This document shows positions 38,151 to 49,680 of a DNA stretch of 64,000 bases, one piece after another; the stretch's first letter is position 1, and every line of letters begins with the position of its first letter. The notes below the pieces were generated by a model. It had not been told where the DNA came from and made no database searches. It saw only the letters and a list, made by a program, of their open reading frames with translations. Source of the DNA: Camelus dromedarius. Lineage: Eukaryota. The position numbers were made by a program, and so were the translations under genes. The stretch covers positions 14,324,001-14,388,000 of the forward strand of contig NC_087437.1 of assembly GCF_036321535.1 (NCBI RefSeq), written 5' to 3'.

Positions 38151-38884
38151 TCTCCAGAGCTTCTCAGCCTAGAGGGTAGGGCTTGAAGGACAGGCAGAGG
38201 ACAGTAAGCTTTCCCTGAGTGGAAACCTTGCCTGTTGGCTTGGTGCTGCATCCCTGGCATCTAGTCCAGTACTCACTCACCACAGAGAATCCCAAAGGGG
38301 TTTCTGAGTGGGAATGAACGCATGCTTGAAAGCTATCCCGGGCCCAGGAATGAGTCTTGAGAATTTTTAAGAATCATTTGGTGAAAACCGCATGCCCCAA
38401 TGTTACATCTTCATAGAGGATGTTAAGCTCCTCTGCATAGGTGTGGCAAGCTGGTAGGAACATAGCTCAAAAATCTGGGAGGTACAGTCATGAAAATGGC
38501 ATATAGAGTGTGATAAATAATGCATCTAAGGGACATTTAGCGTATGATGTGTTTTATTAAAAATTACAAAGAAAAAAATCAGTGAAAAGAATCTCTTTAC
38601 ATTTTCAAGAAAATATTTATGTGTGTCAGCAGCTAGTTTTTTGTGACTTGGTGTTAGACTGAGGGGGACTTTTTTTTATCACCGAAAACTTGCTTAAATG
38701 TAAATAAAAATTAGTATAAGGGAGTGTCATGAGAATGTAGAGCTCATGTCAGAGTTGTCAGGCCCCAGGGAGGGCTGAAAGGTTTTCCCCTGGGTGCCAA
38801 TTCTGACTGGTTGAAGTGGGAGGTCACTAACACTGGGTTGAGAAGGCATCTGAGGCCACATCCATGGTTAGGAGAATACTATTA

Positions 38885-39135
38885 ATAATAGCTAACATTT
38901 ATTTAGCACTTCCTACATGACAAACACTGCTTAGGTGCTTTCTATTGTTTAATTAGCTCATTAATTGCTGTAAGAGACAGGTACTTCTGCTGCCATTTCC
39001 ATTTTGCAGATGAGAAAATAGTGCAATCATTTATGCAACATCTTCCAAAAAAGACTTAAATGTCCAGGTTTATACAGCTGGTAAGTGGAGGAGCTGAGAT
39101 AATCACTAGAATAGAGTTAAATGATGATTGATTAG
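38885..39135 (-). mobile_element. MIR
   Basis: aataatagctaacatttatttagcactt...ccattttgcagatgagaaaa. Confidence 0.8.
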
Positions 39136-39244
39136 AGGAGGGAGGAATCATGTAGCATACATTTACCATCCTTTCATCCTGGTCTTTGCCCCACCTTTCA
39201 ATCACCTTCTTTCTCCTTTCTTTCTTTTTTGCTGTATATATATA

Positions 39245-39708
39245 CATTTATTGAAGTATAGTCAGTTTACAATGTTGTGTCAATTTCTGGTGTACAGCAC
39301 AATGCTTCAGTGATACATGAATATACATATATTCGTTTTCATGCTCTTTTTCACCATAGTTGCTACAAGATATTGAATATAGTTCCCTGTGCTATACAGC
39401 ATGAAATTGCTGTTTATCTATTTTATATATATTTGTTAGTATCTGCAAATCTCAAACTCCCAATGTATCCCTTCCCATCCCCTTCCCCCACTGGTAACCA
39501 TAAGTTTGTTTTCTATGTCTGTGAGTCTGTTTCTGTTTTGTAAATAAGTTCATTTGTCTTTTTTTTTAGATTCCACATATAAGTGATGTCATATAGTATT
39601 TTTCTTTCTCTTTCTGGCTTACTTCACTTAGAATAACATTCTCCAGGTCCATCCATGTTGCTGCAAATGGCATTATTTTATTCTTTTTATGGCTGAATAG
39701 TATTCCAT

Positions 39709-39745
<37 letters not shown>

Positions 39746-39810
39746 ATACCACAATTTCTTTATCCAGGCATCTGTCAATGGTCATTTAGGTTGTTTCCAT
39801 GTCTTGGCTG
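39245..39810 (-). mobile_element. 5'-truncated lineage-specific L1 with a (TG)n microsatellite at ~39713-39742
   Basis: ORF2-end peptide [30 protein letters not shown] on the minus strand; 3' UTR. Confidence 0.95.
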
Positions 39811-41859
39811 TTCTGTACATAGTGTTGCTCTTTCCCCTTTCATAGCCAGTCAAATTAAACTACTTTGTCTTCCTCAATGTTCCATCTTCTTGTGCTTCTG
39901 TATGGTCTGCTGCTAGGCCCTTCTGCTAGCACTTTGCTGGCTAACTCTTATTAGTTCTTTGGAATTCAATTCAGGCATCACTTCTTGTAGGATGCCTTCC
40001 CTGATATCATCAGTAAGAACTGGTGTTCCTTCTTTGTCCTTTTTTATACTGTATGTGCCTCACTTGTAACATAACACTTTTTATTTTGAGTTATGATGAC
40101 TTACTTAATTTAAAATGAGCTAAAAGACAGGGCTCATGTGGTTTTTTTTTTAATTGAATGAAGGAGACCATTTCTCATCTTACCTCTGCTCTGCAATACT
40201 TGTGTTGTCTTCCAAAAGTTACCTGCACAGGAGTTGGACCATATGGAATTTCTGGCTCTGTTATCTTTTTCTTATACCGGTTTGGAACTTCCAGACATCT
40301 TATGCAGTAATAATTTTGCTCATTTACATTTATGTTTTCTATTATATGCATAAAATATGGTGTTTTCTTTCATAAACCATTCTCTCTTCTTTGTGGCTAA
40401 GCTTGCTAAGTGTGATGTCTCCATCTAAAAAAACTCAGCTTGTTGGAAGGGGTGCATGGGGGCTTTGACTGTATTCATAATGCTTTATTTCTTAAGTTGG
40501 GGAGGTGTAGGGGGCATATCATACATTTTAAATATGAAATATTTTACAAAAGTCTAAAAATATGTATATAGCTTTATAGCTATGTAAGGAACACAAAGAA
40601 TATAAACTTACCTTAAAACGTCCAGTGTGTTAGGCTAAATCTGTACACAGTTATACTACTAAATGGGAAAAAAGGTACCAGCTATTTAAACACAGTTACA
40701 TAGACATAAAATGTTATCCTGGCTAGATTCATATGACAGATGGAGATAGAATCTTGGGTAATCTGTGGATCTTCATGAATAAAATCAATTAAGTTTAGAG
40801 GAGCTATTTATTGCTAGAGAGAGAAAAACATAATTAGCAATCATAAAGCGGTCTGTGGGGTTTCTGGTCATAACGGAGCAAGGGGTGGATTTCTGGAGAC
40901 TTGGCTTTTTATATCCCATCTTTTTCTTTTCTTTTCAAATATACCTAAGTCTCTTGCTAAGCAGTTTCTGGGGGGCAAAGCAGGAATAGGGCTTGCTTAA
41001 GCTTACTCCTGATTTAAATCAGATATTAACAGATCCATTTCCTGAGATAGGATAGACGGGTAATACATGAGAGGCAAGCAGACTGAGAAACAGAAAATGA
41101 ATGACAGCCTGGATGTTCTTTTTTCAAATTCTTGTCTTCAAGTGAGAATCTCTTTGTTTCTTGTTGCCTCTTTCTGTAATGATGGCACTCACAAAGAGAA
41201 AAATAAATGCTTTTCTTCTAGTTAAAATTTTAAATTACTGAGGCTAGTTAAATATCAGTGAAAACTGTCCTTATTTCACCCAGTAGATCAAGCTACAAGT
41301 TTACAAGGTGAGAAAAATTTCTCCCCCATTTGTATGCTGTGAAATGTATTTTTAAAAGTGTCAGAGCAGAGGGAAGTTAGATTGCTTCCATATTCCATAA
41401 ATACGAAAGCTCACACATCGGGCTTCCATATTTCTGAAGTGGCAAATAAAGTCACTTTCAAGCAAGATGGCTGTTGTTGGCAGACTGTTCTGAGGGGACT
41501 TCACTAATTCAGTTAAAAATTAGGTCATACTCCACTACAGCAAATATCACTCCACAGAAAAACTCTATGCAATTCTAGCTTTCCAAGATCCAGGCACTAA
41601 TCACTTTGTGTCACAAAATATTAGAATTTGGTAAAATCCCAGTAAAGAGAATTGAGACTCTCTTGGAATACTTTAAAATAGACTCACCTCCTTTATCATG
41701 GCTAATAAAATAATCGCACAGCTTGAGAGTTTGCCTATGTATAGATGTTCTGTATCAGGAGGTATAATTGGGACTTAAATTTAACTAGTGCTGGCTTCAG
41801 AATTGTTACAGGAGAGATGCCAGAGGGGGGTTTGGTTGGTGGCCTGGGAATCTGTGTTT

Positions 41860-41968
41860 TTTCACTTATTTTTTTGATGGGGGTACTGGGGATTGGACCC
41901 AGGATGAAGAGTCCTGCATGCTAGGCATGCGTGCTACCACTGAGCTATACCCGCTCCCTCTCCCCCAA
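41860..41968 (-). mobile_element. tRNA(Ala)-derived SINE (camelid Vic-1-like)
   Basis: Minus strand reads GGGTATAGCTCAGTGGTAG (A box) ... GGTCCAATCCCC (B box) with an A-rich tail. Exact 14-bp TSD gggaatctgtgttt at 41846-41859 and 41972-41985. Confidence 0.85.
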
Positions 41969-42062
41969 CCAGGGAATCTGTGTTTAGATGATGCTGTTGC
42001 ACACTTTGGGAAAAGGGTCCAAGAATAACTCTCAATAATGTTCAAATAGAAATTGGCTTTTA

Positions 42063-42170
42063 GTACTTGCTTCAGCAGCACATATACTAAAATTAGAATG
42101 ATATACAGAAGATTAGCATGGCCCCTGCGCAAGGATGACAGGCAAATTCGTGAAGTGTTCCATATTTTTT
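42063..42170 (+). pseudogene. Full-length U6 snRNA retropseudogene
   Basis: Aligns end to end with U6 (GTGCTCGCTTCGGCAGCAC...CCATATTTTT) with about 9 substitutions, several at CpGs. ACAGAGA box altered, no upstream TATA/PSE. Flanked by a target-site duplication at 42048-42062 and 42232-42246. Confidence 0.95.
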
Positions 42171-42579
42171 CAATAAAAACATACATGCATATATAAAAAA
42201 TAAAGACATTTAAAGTACTCAGTGGAAAAAAAGAAACTGACTTTTAGTTAAGAAGGGCATAAAATGAGTCAAGATATCACTGGAGAGTTGATCAGTTTGG
42301 TGTAGTTAAAAAAAAAGGTAATAGGTTTTTTTTGAAATTTTTGCTTAATCAACTGGAATTAAATCTAGTTGTGAACCTGGCTTTTCAATTTGTTCCACTG
42401 AATAGTCTTCAGAGTATTTATTACCTATGAATTATTTTTGGCCTTTTAAAAAAAATCTTTTCTCATAAATTATGTAGAAACTTTGCCTCTGTTTTCAGAG
42501 TCTTGATGTCATCAGTGATTTGTGTTGCCAAGTTAATTCTCCCTTGTTAAAGAATGTCCCTAGGTCTAGCAGTTTATGC

Positions 42580-42742
42580 AGCTGTTCTCAAGCATGACTG
42601 GATACAAATCACGTGTGAAACTTTTCATACTGAAGAGTTGTCCAGGCTCCACTCTTCACTGCAAGCAGAATCTCTAGGTATAAGACTCCAAAATCTATTT
42701 CCTTAAAAGTGTTACTATACACCCAAGCTTGAGAACTACTGG
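42580..42742. mobile_element. MER5-type hAT element
   Basis: cagctgttctcaagc...ccaagcttgagaactactg terminal inverted repeats. Confidence 0.65.
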
Positions 42743-42999
42743 TTTAAAGATCAGAAAATTAACTTTCTCTGAGAATTTCAAACATGTTTTTCTTTTAAAA
42801 AAACTTTCAATTTACCTCATTTACTCACTTTTTTCCTATTTAGTCAGTCAACATGTATTTTTTTGAATACCAGGAAACACATCTCACGCACCTTCTCAGG
42901 TGCTGGGTATGCAGTAATGAACAAAACATGATGAGCTGCAAGAAAGCTACAGTTTAGTGTTGATAAAGATAAAGAAAAAACCTAGGCATTTACAATACA

Positions 43000-43960
43000 T
43001 TTTTTTCATTTGTCAGTTTTATTAGGTAGAATTGTTACAATTTGACTGCACATATATGATATGTTGCATGTAAATACATGTATACAATATACTGTTCATA
43101 TTTTTTTAGTTGACATATATGTACTGATGATTGTTTCTAAGAACAGCTTAGAGCTTTGGCTTTTTAAACATAGTTATTAAAGAATAAAGCCAACCACAAA
43201 CTAACAATCAACAGAATGCAGTAATCTAATCCTAAAGGACAGTCAAATGTGCTTATACATATTCAAGAAATCAATCATCTAAGTTATAAATAATAAGTAG
43301 TTCATTTGTGTCCCTTTTTTTTTTTTAAGATTCCACGTATAAGTGATATCACATTGTATGGCTTTTCTCGTTCTCTTTCCGGCCCACTTCATTAGAATGA
43401 TGATCTCCAGGTCCATTCAAGTTGCTGCAAATGGCATTATTTTATTCTTTTTTATGGCTGAGTAGTATTCCATTATATCTATATCTATATCTATATACAC
43501 ACACATACATACACACACCACATTTTCTTTATCCAGTCATCTATTGATGGACATTTGGGTTGTTTCCATGTCTTAGCTATTGTAAATAGTGCTGCTATGA
43601 ACATTGGGGTGCATGTGTCTTTTTGAGTGTTATTTTTCTCTGGATATATACTGAGAAGTGGGATTGCTGGACCACAAGTCTATTTTCAGTTTTTTAAGGA
43701 ACCTCCATAGTGTCTTTCATAGTGGCTGCACCAATGTACACTCCCACCAGCAGTGTAGGAGGGTTCCCTTTTCTCCATACCCTCTTCAGCATCTATTGTT
43801 TGTAGACTTTTTAATGATGGCCATTCTGGCTGGTGTGAGGTGATACTTCATTGTAGTTTTGATCTGCATTTCTCTGACAATTAGCGATGCTGAGCATTTT
43901 TTCATGTGCCTATTGGCCATTTGTATGTCTTCATTGGAGAGTTGCTTGTTTAGGTTTCTA
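43000..43960 (-). mobile_element. L1 insertion with a non-standard ~290-bp 3' tail, inside an L2
   Basis: L1 ORF2 end at 43298-43960; non-L1-looking segment at 43007-43297; T-run at 43000-43006; TSD acaataca at 42992-42999 and 43961-43968. Confidence 0.85.
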
Positions 43961-45054
43961 ACAATACACTTGTAACATCTACAATAAGGGAAGTGGAGAG
44001 TGGTATGGAACCATATAATAGCGACAGGTAACCCAGACTTGGTAGGGTTACATCAAACTGTAACTCTCAAATCCAACATATTTTTCTTGGTTAGACATTT
44101 CTTTACTCCTGCTGCAGCCAGAACTGTTGTGCTAGATTCAACATGTTCCCTGCAACTCTAACTTTTGTACTATGCCATCTCTGATAGAGACACTGGTGAA
44201 CAGTGTCTAAGATTGTTAAGTGTGCTTCACTTCTGGGCCTGATAAGCCAGCGGCCCAAGACACACCTACAAGGGTGAGGTTTTCTTTAAGTGACAGTTTG
44301 ATCACCTTGATGAATTGTGAGAGAAAGCTGCTTGAAGCAGGATCCCACCTCCTGATCTGGAAGCTGGGGGAAGGAGGTTTTGGAGAATTTAGAACTCAGA
44401 CTTTTGAATCACTTTGGTCCAGTATCGGGTAATAAGAGCTTAACTATGCAGCCAGTCTGAAAATACTTAAGACTTAGGTCAAGTTGGAGAGATGACGGAG
44501 GCTTTGGGCTTCCTGACTTCCAGACTATGGAATTACTGACAGAAGAATATCTGAACAATTTTAAAGATGCCTAAGATAGGAAATTTTACAGCCTCTTTGG
44601 CTTATTTTGGACAATTCTGGCCTGAATTGTCAAAGATGCTGGGACAATTAGCTCCCTGCGTGTTATTCCTATATGTTTCTTCCTGAGTTAGCCTGTGTAG
44701 TTTTGTGACAGACTGCAAATTTCCAGAAAGCAGCAAGTTATGTTGTTTCTCTAGCCAAGAATCTAGCACAGCGACACACATGCCCAACACTTTAGGATGG
44801 CCTAGTGTTCCCAACGGGGAGCATCCACCAAATTGGCACAGGTTGCTGCCCCATGGACTATGGGTGGGTGATGTTGAAATTAACCATACCTTCCCTCAGC
44901 CTGTGCTCAAATTGTTGAGCGTCACCAGCACACCTCCTGTTTGGCCAGTCACTGGAATGCTTTCCATCACTGGAGGAAAGAAAAGGCTGCGAAACTTTCA
45001 GATTAACATGGAATGGGGGTTATTACCATCACTTTCTGACAGGTGCCTTTAAAA

Positions 45055-45212
45055 TCTTGCTACTTAAAGCGTGGTCCTCAGACCAGGAGCATCATCATTA
45101 CCACCTGGAGCTTTTCAGAAAGGCGGAATCTCAGGTACTCATCTCAGACTGTGGATCAGAATCCATTCTTTAACAAGATGCTCAGGTCATGCCTATTCAT
45201 ATTAAGAATGTG
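45055..45212. mobile_element. MER5A just upstream of the promoter
   Basis: gtggtcctcagaccaggagcatc...cagaatccattctttaacaagat. Confidence 0.75.
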
Positions 45213-45279
45213 AGATATCATTTGATCTAGTAATTGATCAATCAGCCCCCCAAACAGAAACTCAGCCCTTTGTGCCTGT

Positions 45280-46200
45280 CTCGCACCGGCTCTACTCGGT
45301 AGCAACCGAACCCCCAGGGACATCGGAGCCGGCGCTGCCGAGGGCAATTTGGTGATTGGCTGGCCCAACCACGTGACCGGCGCTCGTCCTCCCGTGCTAC
45401 TGGATTGGCTCTCGCGGACGCTGACGGACAGGCCCGGGGCGGGCCGAAGCCCGGTCGGAGGGGCGCGCGCGGGGGCGCGAAGGCGCGAGAACGCGAGTGC
45501 GCGTGCGCGAGCGGCGGGGCTTTCTCCAGAGCCGTCGGAGGGAGCCGGAGCGCTTCTCCCGAGGTAAGCACCGCGGCGGGAAGGCCCCCCTGCCCTTCTG
45601 CGGCCGGGTGCGGGGAACGGGGCTGGGGGAGGGCTGGAGTCTGTAAGCCCCGGGAGCCTCGCTTCAGGGAGGATGCAGACCCGGGCTCAGCCATCCTCCT
45701 CGGTGCCTCGGTTTCCCTTTTTCTACCCTCTAATGCACCTCACCATCCTTCTCACCGCGGTGACGGGTGCACCCGAGGGGAGTTGCCCACCTGGCAGCCT
45801 CGCCTCCGCCTTTGTTCCCCGCCCGGAGGGATGCTGGTATTGGGCCCCCTCCCCAGGTAAAGGGTGAAGGGTGGTGGGGCGGGGGCGTCTCGGGCGCCAG
45901 ACCTGGGCTAGGGCCCGGGAGAAGATGGCTTTAATGCAGTGGGAACTGTCACAGGTGAGAACGAAGGGAAAAAAAATGTAGTGTCACTTTGGCCAAGCCG
46001 CGGGACTCGAACTAATCCGGCGGCTGCGAGCGAAGCCGAATTCTTAGCGCAGCTGTGAGGGCGGGGGTGGGGCCAGGACCGGTGGGCCGAGCCCAGGTGC
46101 GCCGCTGGAAGGCTTCTCCGGACCTGCACGCCAGCTCTCACCCCAGAGTTGCACCGAAATTGAACGCTTTCAGCCTGCCGAAGAAATCCTGAGATTCGTT
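45280..46200 (+). promoter_or_regulatory. CpG-island promoter of an unidentified + strand gene
   Basis: Abrupt GC- and CpG-rich block in CpG-poor surroundings. ATTGG (CCAAT) boxes at 45355-45359 and 45404-45408, CACGTGAC E-box at 45370-45377, GC box GGGGCGGG at 45436-45443, NRF1-like TGCGCGTGCGCG at 45498-45509. No TATA box. Confidence 0.9.
45510..45563 (+). other. Probable non-coding first exon (start approximate)
   Basis: Strong donor GAG|GTAAGC (GT at 45564) just downstream of the promoter motif cluster; no ATG in the exon. Confidence 0.7.
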
Positions 46201-48193
46201 CAGAGGAGGAAAATAAAAAAAGAAATGTTTTCCTTAAAGCAGTTGGGTACTGGTATAAGAGGTCTAAATGAGAAGCTACAATGAGAAATTACAGATGCAG
46301 CGAAACTGATGACTGCTAATTGTGAGGAGGGAGATGCCTGCAGTGAACTGCAGACCAGACCATCACACTGAGATTCTCCTTTGAGAAAATCTTTTTTTTT
46401 GGAGGGGGGAAAGGGGATTATCTCTGTAAACTTAGGTTTTTCTGGCTGCCTAAGCAAGTAATGACATATTTTCAGCATGTAAATAGGCTGTAGGGAGGAG
46501 GGAAGACAAAGTCTAAATTACACCCATTTAGATCTTAATTCTTTGAAAAGTGCGTGTTTAAAGAAGATCCCTTGGATGCCAAAAGCAGCGTGGGGGCGGG
46601 GCGAAGGAACGGGGACGGGGAATGTCTCCTTTAAGTCATACTTTAAAAAGGAAGGCATCGCCTGCCTCTCTTTCCCTCTCCATTTCCCCAGACCTGCAAT
46701 AGCAAGGGCATACTGTACGTCTTATAATGAAATATAAAAAGTCCCTTCAGTTTTCCACTGGTTAATTTGTTGAATATACCCAGCAGTCTCCTCGGTAAGA
46801 AATGGTTCAACTAACTGTCATTAGGAGGATTTTGCTGTATTCTGGAGTTTCACTGTCATCCATTTAGAACTCATTCTGGTAGGAGATGGACGAGAATCTT
46901 TCTTACTGATTCCTCAGAGACATCCTGACACTGCTTCAAAGGCCTTTTATTACGCTTACCTTCCCCACACAAAGTTTTATTTCTTTAGGACTTTTGCAAA
47001 CATCCAAGACACACCCCTTGCCTGTGAAAAGCCTGCACTTGCTAAGAAATAAATTTACTTGGTAAATTAAAGCAAATTGAAGACGGAACACTTAGATTTG
47101 TTAGGGGGAATCAGAATTAACACTTATCAGCTGCAGCAAATCAACTTCTGGTGGTTTTCTGGGATGAATGAAAGTGACACAGGACGTGCTGCAGAGCTTG
47201 TTGGGAATATAACAGATGACCCTCGTAAAGTGAAATCTGTCACCTGGTTGGGACATAAAGCAAATTAGTGGGAAGACTTTTACGATTTGTCTGTGTTTTG
47301 TTTTTGAGCTGGTATGCAGTGGAGGAAGGAATTCTAAGGCTGGAGTAGGTGGTATAGTTTGAAAAGGTACATGCTTTTGTGTCAAGAGAGAAAAATGTCA
47401 CTTTTGTTATATAAACTACACAAAGGGCAAGCAGTGTTTATGTTGAGCCTGTGGAAGGGCGGCAGGGGTTTTGAAAAGGTTGAGAAACACTTAGTGTACA
47501 CTAGGGAAGACGGGAAGATTGGCAGCCTTAGTTCATTTTGAGGGAAGCAACATACCTTGGTGACCTACGGGACAAGGTTTTATTCTCTGATTCAATAAAA
47601 GCCCACTAGTGTTGGCTTTCAAAGCAACAACAAAATCATTTCCTTTCTGCTTTTTCTGTCCCCTGGGTCAGGGACAGGGAGGACAGAGAGTGAATGAGAG
47701 AGATTAGAGTCCGACCTGCATGCCTAAGCAGTAGGGTCCTTTGAGCAGGATCTATGTCACATTGTGTAAATCTAAGAGCCTTCACGTTGCGAGGGCTCTG
47801 AGCACCTGCCCTCGGTCGCTTGCTGTAAGATGGAGCGGGATAACATTTGCCACAGGTTGGGGACGGGTGAGATCATCTGATACAGAAGCGCTGGGGGAAA
47901 GGAGAGCTCGAAGTGTTTAATTCAGCTGCTTGCCTTTGGAGCCTTGAGGAAGCATTTCCAGGCAGAGTGACCTCACAATTGGCTAGCTTGGCTGGGCTTT
48001 CTGTGGCTTCTCGAAAACCTGCCCTCCATCAGGGGGTCCCTGTGAAGTTCCGTGTCTTAGGTGGTTAGCATCATTTATGCTTGTAATGTGCTCTAGAAAA
48101 GAAAGGCTCACAAAGACACCAATCTAGACTGCCATTCTTTCAGGTCCTTGGCACGTCACCCACAGGCTTCCAGAAAACAAGTTGTGCCCTCCC

Positions 48194-48211
48194 TGCCAGT
48201 AGATGGCACTC
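48194..48211 (+). promoter_or_regulatory. Candidate CTCF site
   Basis: TGCCAGTAGATGGCACTC matches the CTCF core CCAS(Y)AGRKGGCRS. Confidence 0.55.
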
Positions 48212-49499
48212 CTGTCTCTGGGAATTCCTGGAGGAGATGAAATACAGGGCTGGCAAACCAGTGGTGTGTAGCCTCTAGTCTAGAAGATTTTGAAAGACTG
48301 TGTCAGTTCCCAAAGATAATCTTTAAAAAATTTTTTTTAAAGTTCTGAAAGCCGAGATGTTTATATAAGGTAGGAGAAATGTGTGTTGAGGCATGAGTGT
48401 GATTACTTTGCTGGTTGTGTGTGGGAAAAGACAAGGGAAAGCTGACAATTAAGCATCATACCACAGTTTTGAAAGCACTTGGCATACATGATGGTTAATT
48501 GAATGTGAGGCTGAAATCAATTCAGTCAAAATTACTGACAACTTCATAGTTTCTATCTCTTTGCTAATAAAACTAGTCTACAAACATGAATGGGACTGTG
48601 GAAGTACATGTGACCTTCAAACCTGACCAGTATTCAGTAATTACATGCTTTGAAGATAGTGGTGAGGGTATTAGTAAAAGTAATGCTCATTAAGTAGTTA
48701 CTGTATCTCAGGGCTGTCCACACAAGGTCAAAGTTGTTTCTGAATCAGTTTCTTCTAAAACTTAAAAATTCCTAACATGTGTTTTAAGATTGTCTCAGCT
48801 AATTCTGTCCTTTTGAGATTGTAACAACAATCCAAATCTTGAACTTTGGTTTTATTGACCTTACTAGCCAGAGTTCGTTCATCCATTCCCCTCTTTTGAA
48901 ATATCTGTTTTTCTATTTTTTGTAACTGACTGTTCTTTGAGGTGGATTTTGTAGCCATGGTATTTGAGGGAGGTGGTGCACTTGCCAGTGAGGGTGCAGT
49001 GTATACAGTCTTTGACCCTGCCCGAGGCAGAGAGCACTGCTGCTGGGAGTCATTACCCCAGTCACCTGCTTCCTCCTGCCGTTCCCGTCCTGCAACTCAG
49101 CTTATTTGAGGTTTATTTTTGTCTTTCTTCAAGTGAACTGATGAGCTAGTTTTCCCTACAAATGTCGAATCCTAAAATCCTGCTGGTCCTAGGTGGCAGA
49201 GATCATGACAGTCCACTAACATTGTCTCATTTTGTGTCCTCAGATAAATTTCTTTGCCTTTTTGAACCTCAGTTTTCTCACCCGGTCACTGGGATTGGTG
49301 AGATGTGGTGTTTGCCTCTTAAAAAATCCCTTCCAAGCCTACAATTCTGTGGTCAGCTGATTTTCATTAGAGATTTTTGACAGATCTGAAAAATTCTCAT
49401 CTAGAAGGTATTTTCATGCTGTGAATCTAGGGCAAGAAGAAATCTCACTGATTTCTTCTCAGAGAAATGATTGTGCATTGTCTTAGAACTGTAATCATT

Positions 49500-49680
49500 T
49501 AGAGTTGGAAGAAACCCTTGAGATGGTTTCATTCAACCTTCTCGTTTTGTAGACAGGGAGTTTCAGCTCAGAGCTGAGTGACTTGATGGAGCTAACACAG
49601 CTGCTTAGTGACAGAGAATGAGTTAGAGAACTCGGACCCAGCCTCAGGCTCATCTCAGTCTTGCCTTCTCCAATGCTGCG
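49500..49680 (-). mobile_element. MIR
   Basis: agagttggaagaaacccttgagatgg...gagtgacttgatggagctaacacagct. Confidence 0.7.

Noticed and set aside
41875..41955. tRNA-Ala gene (also 29685-29745)
   Set aside because: A-rich tails, a TSD at the 41.9 kb copy, and disrupted stems indicate SINEs.
42063..42170. Functional U6 gene
   Set aside because: ACAGAGA box mutated, CpG decay, no upstream TATA/PSE, and flanked by a TSD.
45242..45860. 150-aa ORFs on both strands
   Set aside because: Ala/Arg/Pro/Gly-rich products typical of stop-poor CpG islands; they cross a strong splice donor.
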